A stretch of DNA of 24,000 nucleotides from Psychromonas hadalis ATCC BAA-638 (GTDB taxonomy: Bacteria > Pseudomonadota > Gammaproteobacteria > Enterobacterales > Psychromonadaceae), in the NCBI RefSeq assembly GCF_000420245.1, contig NZ_ATUO01000002.1, positions 10,628-34,627 of the forward strand. Reading direction: 5' to 3'. Shown here piece after piece: positions 8,988 to 15,181 of this stretch. The position numbers and the translations under genes were made by a program. Positions within the stretch are counted from its first letter, which is position 1; every line of letters begins with the position of its first letter. The notes beneath the pieces were generated by a model. The model was not told the DNA's origin. It worked only from the letters and a program-made list of their open reading frames with translations, and searched no databases.

Positions 8988-9021
8988 GCAAAAAACACGA
9001 GCCCTGTAAAGGGTCTCGTGT
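8988..9021 (-). terminator. Rho-independent terminator/attenuator between the yjfJ-like and yjfK-like genes
   Basis: The minus-strand RNA reads ACACGAGACCC-UUUACA-GGGCUCGUGU followed by UUUUUU. That is a 10-bp stem with one bulged A and a 6-nt loop. It starts 17 nt after the yjfJ-like stop and ends about 25 nt before the yjfK-like ATG. Confidence 0.65.
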
Positions 9022-9038
9022 TGATATGGTGGTGTTCA

Positions 9039-9722
9039 TTATTTCGCTTTTAAGCGATCTAAAATAGATTGTGCACTTGATTGTTGTGCGCCAATACCTG
9101 CTTCTTGTAATTTTGCTTTTAATGAGCTGTCGTCATTTTCCGCTTCTAGTTGCTCCGCCGCTTTTAACTTGTCATCAAACATTGCTTGTTTTTGTTTGAT
9201 ACGCTCTAGTGAGTCTTTTGCATTTAACAGTTTAGAGTTACTGGCAGTAAAGTTATCGGTGATTGCCGATGTCGCTTTTTGTACGCTTTCAGTGGTCTTT
9301 ACCATGCTTAATTGACGTTTATAGTCTGTTAGCTGGCGTTCACTCTTTTTAATCAGCTCTTTTAAACGATCTGCACTTTTTAGGTAACTTTCATTCGCTT
9401 GTTGTTGATCGGTTGCATTGGCTTCAAGTTCACCAATTTTTTCAGCAACTTCAATTGCTAACGCTTCATTGCCTTTTTCAAGAGCTTGTAGCGCATAACC
9501 TTCATGCTCTTTAATGCTGGTCTGCAGTTGTGCAAGTTCACGTGCCGCTTGCATCTGTTTCGCCATTACCTCGGTTAAATCACGTTTTGCGATGGTGATA
9601 TGTTTTTCACTATCACGGATCTCTTGTTCAAAAATACGTGTTGAATTTGCGTCTACAATCGCTTCACCTGCTTCACGTGCGCCACCACGAACAGCGGTAA
9701 TAATTTTTTTAAATATGCTCAT
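9039..9722 (-). CDS. yjfJ: PspA/IM30 family protein (YjfJ-like)
   Basis: 227-aa, almost entirely coiled-coil ORF. Its N-terminus MSIFKKIITAVRGGAREAGEAIVD...RIFEQEIRD and its length are typical of PspA/IM30/Vipp1-family proteins. It is flanked by yjfI-like and yjfK-like genes. Confidence 0.85.
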   Translation of the reverse strand: MSIFKKIITAVRGGAREAGEAIVDANSTRIFEQEIRDSEKHITIAKRDLTEVMAKQMQAARELAQLQTSIKEHEGYALQALEKGNEALAIEVAEKIGELEANATDQQQANESYLKSADRLKELIKKSERQLTDYKRQLSMVKTTESVQKATSAITDNFTASNSKLLNAKDSLERIKQKQAMFDDKLKAAEQLEAENDDSSLKAKLQEAGIGAQQSSAQSILDRLKAK

Positions 9723-9805
9723 TATTTTTTCCTTTTCTATTTGTAATGACTCAAAATAACGCTCAGAGTAGTTACTGTTTATTCTGTATATAAAATACCT
9801 AAAAT

Positions 9806-10219
9806 CTATTTTAGGTAGGTGTCCATTTCACTGATCACTTCTAAGCTATTATCACTTAGTGTCACAATTTCTAACTCGATATCATCAAGTGTTGAATTGA
9901 TCGATAATGCACCAAATACGACGTATTTATCTTCAACTTTTGCAAATGCAGAGAGTGGCATTGGAATGTTCATCTCTAACATCGCTTCCATCATATTGGC
10001 TTTAAGTTCTGTTTTAACTTCATCTTCACCCCATAAATAAGCGATACATAAAATTTGATTATCACTAATAGAGAGGAAAATAGGGATCTCTTCACGGCCA
10101 AGAATCTCAACTTGTAAAACATCAATGTCACCATCAATTGGCGTACAATCAAAATCAAAACCTGTTTCAGTTTCGTCTTGTAACTGATTTAAGTGAGTTG
10201 CTATCTTATGAATATTCAT
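9806..10219 (-). CDS. yjfI: YjfI-like protein (DUF2170 family, assigned by position, size and C-terminal motif)
   Basis: I start the gene at the internal ATG (MNIHKIATHL..., 137 aa), which follows an AAGGAA Shine-Dalgarno. The 205-aa track ORF adds a low-complexity extension read from AT-rich intergenic DNA. YVVFGALSINSTLDDIELEIVTLSDN resembles what I remember of YjfI. It is the first gene of the cluster, as in E. coli. Confidence 0.6.
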   Translation of the reverse strand: MNIHKIATHLNQLQDETETGFDFDCTPIDGDIDVLQVEILGREEIPIFLSISDNQILCIAYLWGEDEVKTELKANMMEAMLEMNIPMPLSAFAKVEDKYVVFGALSINSTLDDIELEIVTLSDNSLEVISEMDTYLK

Positions 10220-10262
10220 AATGTTCCTTAGAAGTAAGACATTTAATGTCTTGTTGAAAACT

Positions 10263-10291
10263 AATTTAGTCCGCTTGGCATTATATGTCAA
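10263..10291 (-). promoter_or_regulatory. Candidate sigma70 promoter of the yjfI-like operon
   Basis: The minus strand reads TTGACA (10291-10286), a 17-nt spacer, then TAAATT (10268-10263). The predicted start is near 10256, just upstream of the palindrome at 10236-10252. Confidence 0.35.
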
Positions 10292-10436
10292 GCGATTTTG
10301 TTTATATATTTTCCATGGTAAGACTAATATTGTTACGATCCCCCTATTTTTCAATAGCGAAACATATTTATTACTGAACATCCTGCATACAACTGTTAAG
10401 TTAAGTGCTTTGATTAATAACAATTAGGTTATTGCC

Positions 10437-13274
10437 ATGTCTCTACTTATTGATTGTGCCTCTATTCACCTTGAAAATCTGAAACAAAGAGTGGATCTCT
10501 CTTTCTGCTCCGAAACCCAATTAATCGCATTAAAAACCGCACTCGGATTGAGTGATTTTATTGCTGATTCATTAATGAAACAACCTGCGTTGCTAGAAGA
10601 GCTATTTAACAGCAGCCTCTTTGTATTAGAAGAGCGAACAGAGGCGCTTAAAGCGGAGTTGGAAAGCAATTTGGCGACAACAATAGATGAAGAGCAACTA
10701 CATAAAGTTTTGCGCCAATTTCGTCGCAAACACATGGTGATCATCGCTTGGCGTGAGTTGCTTGGAAAAGCGAGCTTAACCGAGAGTTTTAAACATATCT
10801 CATTTTTAGCCGATGAACTGATTTCACAAGCGATGAATTGGTTGTATGAAAAACAATGCACAGAGCAGGGAACGCCTTTTAATCGGGAAGGTATAAAGCA
10901 GAGCCTGTTTATTTTTGCGATGGGGAAGTTGGGCGGGCGAGAATTAAACTTCTCTTCTGATATCGACCTTATCTTTACTTACCCTGAGCATGGTGAAACA
11001 CAAGGTGGTCGTCGTGTCATTGAAAACCAACGTTTCTTTGTCAAACTCGGACAGCGTTTAATTGCCGCATTGCATCAAGTCACGGTGGATGGTTTTGTTT
11101 ATCGAGTCGATATGCGCTTGCGCCCATTCGGTGAGTCAGGGCCTTTAGTGACAAGCTTTGCTTCTATTGAAGATTATTACCAAAGTCATGGCCGTGAATG
11201 GGAGCGCTACGCGATGGTCAAAGCACGTGTGATAGGCGAACAGGGAGATTACAAGAAAGAGTTAGAAGCGATGTTACGTCCCTTTGTTTATCGTCGTTAT
11301 ATCGATTTTAGTGCCATCGAGTCATTACGTAAAATGAAAGCGATGATCAGCGCCGAAGTGCGCCGCAAAGGGCTTAAAGATAATATCAAATTGGGTACGG
11401 GTGGCATCCGTGAAATAGAGTTTGTCGCGCAAGCATTTCAGCTTATTCGTGGTGGTCGAACGCCTGAGTTACAATGTAAGGGGCTTCAAGAAACCCTAAA
11501 AGTGATTGCTGAAATTGGCGCTTTACCTCGTGAACGTGTACAGAGCCTACTTGATTCTTATCATTTTCTACGTCGTGTTGAAAATATCTTGCAGCAAATT
11601 AACGATCAACAAACTCAAACCTTACCCAGTAGTGAGTTAGATAGAACACGTTTAATCACTGTTATGGCGTTTAAAGATTGGGAAAGTTTTTATCAAACAC
11701 TTAATCATGTAATGAAAAAAGTACATGATGAATTTAATTGGGTGGTGGGTGAGAGTGAAGATGAAAAACACTCTGATCAGGACTTGTGTGAGTTATGGGC
11801 ATTAGATTTAACTGAGCAGGAGACAGTGACGCTATTAATGGAAAAGGGGATCGTAGAAAACGTGGCAACGGAACTTAGTACCATTTTACTGAGTTTTAAA
11901 GATGATATTACTAAACGCCCGATGGGGCCACGTGGTCAAGAAACAATGGGAAAACTGCTTCCTAAAATTGTTGAAAAGATTTGTCGTTATGATGATTCTG
12001 CTGAATTGATGAGACGTATTACAGGTTTATTATTAAAAATAATGCGCCGTACTGCTTATTTAGAATTGCTCAATGAGAATGATGGTGCGTTAAATCAGCT
12101 ATTAAAATTATGCCATGCAAGTCCACGTATTAGTTCGCAACTTGGCCGTCACCCAATATTGTTAGATGAGTTACTTGACCCTCAACATCTTTATCACCCC
12201 ACTGAGTTAGTCAACTATAAACGTGATCTGCGCCAATTTATGCTACGTATACCCGAGGAGGATATGGAGCAACAGATGGAAGCATTGCGCCAATTTAAAC
12301 AGATGCAGTTTTTACATATTGCAGCTGCTGATATTGCGGGTGCAATAGAGTTGCCAAAAGTCAGTGATCATTTAACTTTTTTAAGTGAAGCACTAATGGA
12401 TTATGTGGTGCAGATTGCATGGACGCAGATGGTTGAAAAATTTGGTCTTCCAAGCAATGTTGTTGATAGCGATCGTAAAGGTTTTGCTGTGATTGGTTAT
12501 GGGAAAATGGGTGGGTTTGAACTGGGTTATAGTTCTGATCTCGATGTGGTTTTTCTGCACGATAGCGATATTAAAGGGCAAACTAATGGTCGTCGACTTA
12601 TCGATAATCAGGTTTTTTACTTCCGTTTAGGGCAGCGTATTATTCACCTATTTAGTGTGCGTACTAACTCAGGTGTTTTATATGAGATAGATATTCGTTT
12701 GCGACCATCAGGGGACTCCGGCCCTTTGGTTGCAAGTATGCAAGGTTATAATAATTACCTTAAAAATGACGCGTGGACATGGGAACATCAAGCATTAGTA
12801 CGTTCTCGAGCGGTGTTTTCAGATGCATTGTTGTTACAGCAATTTAATGAAATACGGGAGTCGATATTATCACTACCACGTGAGGAGCGAGTGTTAGCAA
12901 AAGAGGTAGCAGATATGCGTAAAAAAATGCGTGACCACCTTAATCGTGCAGAAAAAGGGCAATTCGACCTGAAACAATCAGCAGGAGGCATGGTTGATAT
13001 CGAGTTTATTGCACAATATTTAGTGTTAGCAAATGCTGAAAAGTCTGAAAAAGCACTGTGTAGATGGTCTGATAATCTGCGTATTTTTGAAACCTGCAAA
13101 GTCTTAAATTTACTCACAGAAAGCCAAGAAAAATCGCTGACTGATGCTTATTGTGCCATTCGTGATGCGGCTCACCGCTTAACACTTAATAAACAAACAC
13201 GTATCGTTGACGAAAAAAGATTTGAAAAAGAGCGCCAAGCCGTTATTAAAATTTGGCAGCAGTTTTTAGCCTAA
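10437..13274 (+). CDS. glnE: bifunctional glutamine synthetase adenylyltransferase/adenylyl-removing enzyme
   Basis: 945-aa ORF with two nucleotidyltransferase modules: GKLGGRELNFSSDIDLIF...RVDMRLRP and GKMGGFELGYSSDLDVVF...EIDIRLRP. Confidence 0.95.
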   Translation: MSLLIDCASIHLENLKQRVDLSFCSETQLIALKTALGLSDFIADSLMKQPALLEELFNSSLFVLEERTEALKAELESNLATTIDEEQLHKVLRQFRRKHMVIIAWRELLGKASLTESFKHISFLADELISQAMNWLYEKQCTEQGTPFNREGIKQSLFIFAMGKLGGRELNFSSDIDLIFTYPEHGETQGGRRVIENQRFFVKLGQRLIAALHQVTVDGFVYRVDMRLRPFGESGPLVTSFASIEDYYQSHGREWERYAMVKARVIGEQGDYKKELEAMLRPFVYRRYIDFSAIESLRKMKAMISAEVRRKGLKDNIKLGTGGIREIEFVAQAFQLIRGGRTPELQCKGLQETLKVIAEIGALPRERVQSLLDSYHFLRRVENILQQINDQQTQTLPSSELDRTRLITVMAFKDWESFYQTLNHVMKKVHDEFNWVVGESEDEKHSDQDLCELWALDLTEQETVTLLMEKGIVENVATELSTILLSFKDDITKRPMGPRGQETMGKLLPKIVEKICRYDDSAELMRRITGLLLKIMRRTAYLELLNENDGALNQLLKLCHASPRISSQLGRHPILLDELLDPQHLYHPTELVNYKRDLRQFMLRIPEEDMEQQMEALRQFKQMQFLHIAAADIAGAIELPKVSDHLTFLSEALMDYVVQIAWTQMVEKFGLPSNVVDSDRKGFAVIGYGKMGGFELGYSSDLDVVFLHDSDIKGQTNGRRLIDNQVFYFRLGQRIIHLFSVRTNSGVLYEIDIRLRPSGDSGPLVASMQGYNNYLKNDAWTWEHQALVRSRAVFSDALLLQQFNEIRESILSLPREERVLAKEVADMRKKMRDHLNRAEKGQFDLKQSAGGMVDIEFIAQYLVLANAEKSEKALCRWSDNLRIFETCKVLNLLTESQEKSLTDAYCAIRDAAHRLTLNKQTRIVDEKRFEKERQAVIKIWQQFLA

Positions 13275-13276
13275 AA

Positions 13277-13337
13277 TAAAGTCGGGTCAGATCAAACTTA
13301 AATAGGAGGAACTTAAGTTTGATCTGACCCGACTTTA
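13277..13337. repeat. 61-bp REPIN-like hairpin (25-bp perfect stem, 11-nt loop), upstream copy
   Basis: TAAAGTCGGGTCAGATCAAACTTAA (13277-13301), loop ATAGGAGGAAC, then the exact reverse complement (13313-13337). It begins 3 nt after the glnE stop. Confidence 0.85.
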
Positions 13338-13384
13338 AATATTTCAACTACGCTTATATGAGGCTTATTGTTGGAGTAGTTGTT

Positions 13385-14083
13385 ATGTCTCGACTAGTAA
13401 GAGTTTGCCCTGTAGGAATGCCTCAACATATTATTCAACGAGGTAATAATCATCATGCTTGTTTTGTTGATCATCTCGATTTTACTACTTATACGAATTG
13501 GTTAAAAGAGTACTCTGTGCAATTCTCAGTGGAAATTCATGCTTGGGTCTTTATGACTAATCATGTTCACCTTTTGTGTACGCCTCAACAAGAAAATGGC
13601 ATTAGTAATATGATGCAAGCACTTGGGAGACAGTATGTACGTTATTTTAATAATAAATATCAAAGAACAGGCACACTGTGGGAAGGTCGCTTTAAATCAT
13701 GTTTAATAGAGGCGGATAGCTATCTTTTACAAGTGTATCGGTATATTGAGCTTAATCCTGTACGCGCTAAGATGGTTGATTTTCCAGAGCAGTACCACTG
13801 GTCTAGCTTTCAAATCAACGCATTAGGTAAACTGTCAGATCTTTGTAAGCCTCACCCTCTTTATTTGCTTTTGGGTGATAATGTGCGAGAAAGGCAATTT
13901 GCATATCAAGAATTATTTCAGCAACCATTAACTGAACAGTTAATTGATGATATTCGTTGCAACCTGAATAGTAACCTTGCCATTGGTAGTGAGCCTTTTA
14001 AAGAGGTGGTTGAAGCATTAACGGGAAGAAAACTTCATCACGAAAAAATTGGACGCCCTAAAGTCGGGTCAGATCAAACTTAA
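13385..14083 (+). CDS. REP-associated tyrosine transposase (RAYT; IS200/IS605 TnpA-like HUH Y1 enzyme)
   Basis: MSRLVRVCPVGMPQHIIQRGNNHHACF resembles remembered Pseudomonas-type RAYT N-termini. HUH motif is MTNHVHLL. The catalytic-Tyr region is YRYIELNPVRA, followed by YHWSS. I prefer ATG 13385 (GGAG 8 nt upstream) over the track start at 13358. Flanked by identical hairpin repeats. Confidence 0.85.
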   Translation: MSRLVRVCPVGMPQHIIQRGNNHHACFVDHLDFTTYTNWLKEYSVQFSVEIHAWVFMTNHVHLLCTPQQENGISNMMQALGRQYVRYFNNKYQRTGTLWEGRFKSCLIEADSYLLQVYRYIELNPVRAKMVDFPEQYHWSSFQINALGKLSDLCKPHPLYLLLGDNVRERQFAYQELFQQPLTEQLIDDIRCNLNSNLAIGSEPFKEVVEALTGRKLHHEKIGRPKVGSDQT

Positions 14084-14119
14084 ATAGATGGAAGTTAAGT
14101 TTGATCTGACCCGACTTTA
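14059..14119. repeat. 61-bp REPIN-like hairpin, downstream copy
   Basis: Same 25-bp arms as the 13277-13337 copy (14059-14083 and 14095-14119), with loop ATAGATGGAAG. The left arm encodes the last RAYT codons (KVGSDQT) and its TAA stop. Confidence 0.85.
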
Positions 14120-14130
14120 TTTTTGGTGCT

Positions 14131-15051
14131 TTAATAAAATGAAGGCTCTCCTTCGGGACGAGTTTTAAAGCGTTTATGCATCCACATATATTGATCGTCA
14201 CACTCCATCACCATCTTTTCAATTTGTTGATTGGTGACCGCGGTATCTGCGCTAATATCTTTGCTTGGAAAGTTTTCAAGTGCAGGATAAAACACTAACT
14301 CATAACCTTGTGTGTCAGGCAGGCGTTTTAAAAAAACAGGAATAACACAGCTGTTTTTCACCCGGGCAAGGGTACTTGTCCCTGCAACAGTATTGGCATT
14401 TTCCACCGCAAAAAAAGGTGCAAAAACACTGCTTTTATGTTTTCCATAGTCATGGTCGGGGGCATACCAAAGTGCATCCGCATTTTTTAGTGCACGTAAC
14501 ATACCTTTGAAGTTTGCACGGTCAAGCATCGCTTTATGTTCGCGCATGCGACCCCGGTAAAACCAGTAGTCCAATACTGCATTACTGTGCTTTCGGTACA
14601 CTGCATTACAAGGTTTGGTGAGTCCGACTGCGCGTGCGCCCATCTCAAGCGTGAGGAAGTGTGCGCCTAAAAAGATGATGCCTTGGCCGTTAATAATGGC
14701 TTTTTCTACATGTTCAACACCGCGTACTTTGAGTAAACCGCGTACTCTCCAGCTTGGCCAAAACCACGCCATGCCCATTTCAAGTAGTGCAATACCACTA
14801 TTTTCAAAATTTAAACGTACCTTTTTTTCTATCTCCTGTGTTGATAGTTCAGGAAAGCAGAGTTGAAGATTACGGCGAGCGATATTGCCGCGTGCTTTGG
14901 CAAAAAAAGAAGCGCCAAGTCCAAGTTTTCTCCCTAAAAATAGCAACGCGCTATAGGGTAAAAAAGAGCTAATAAAAAGTGTAAAAATTCCTAACCAAGC
15001 TAACCAGTATTTGGGGTGACAGAAAGCGACTTTAAGTTTATATGAATCCAT
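14131..15051 (-). CDS. lpxL: lipid A biosynthesis (Kdo)2-lipid IVA lauroyl/myristoyl acyltransferase (LpxL/HtrB family)
   Basis: 306-aa ORF, collinear with E. coli LpxL as I remember it: HPKYWLAWLGI, RNLQLCFPE, MAWFWP, GAHFLTLE, WYAPDHDYG, QYMWMHKRFKTRPEG. Assigning it to LpxL, LpxM or LpxP specifically is not possible from sequence alone. Confidence 0.8.
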   Translation of the reverse strand: MDSYKLKVAFCHPKYWLAWLGIFTLFISSFLPYSALLFLGRKLGLGASFFAKARGNIARRNLQLCFPELSTQEIEKKVRLNFENSGIALLEMGMAWFWPSWRVRGLLKVRGVEHVEKAIINGQGIIFLGAHFLTLEMGARAVGLTKPCNAVYRKHSNAVLDYWFYRGRMREHKAMLDRANFKGMLRALKNADALWYAPDHDYGKHKSSVFAPFFAVENANTVAGTSTLARVKNSCVIPVFLKRLPDTQGYELVFYPALENFPSKDISADTAVTNQQIEKMVMECDDQYMWMHKRFKTRPEGEPSFY

Positions 15052-15181
15052 AAACTATCCTTAAATTAGAGTGATAAAATAATTCTACCGAATATTGTAA
15101 TAAATGCCTATTTTGTCTCGGATTATTTTGGGAATTTTAATTACAATAGGTATTTATTTTTCGATTCTTGATAGGTTTTAG

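Noticed and set aside
9798-9815. Hairpin CCTAAAAT-ct-ATTTTAGG overlapping the yjfI-like stop codon
   Set aside because: The stem is almost entirely A/T, the loop is only 2 nt and there is no U-tract. It is too weak to call a terminator or attenuator.
10276-10290. Sigma54-like TGGCA...GTCA upstream of glnE / yjfI
   Set aside because: The GG and GC dinucleotides are not at the required spacing (TGGCAT-N5-TGTCA rather than TGGCAC-N5-TTGC), so it does not fit the -24/-12 consensus.
9806-10423. 205-aa version of the yjfI-like ORF from the track
   Set aside because: The additional 68 N-terminal residues are low-complexity, Lys/Leu/Asn-rich translation of AT-rich intergenic DNA. An internal ATG at 10219 has a good AAGGAA Shine-Dalgarno and gives the size expected for the family.
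10221-10427. 68-aa plus-strand ORF in the yjfI / glnE intergenic region
   Set aside because: It is an AT-rich, Leu/Asn/Phe-rich translation with no Shine-Dalgarno. It spans the region needed for the two divergent promoters.
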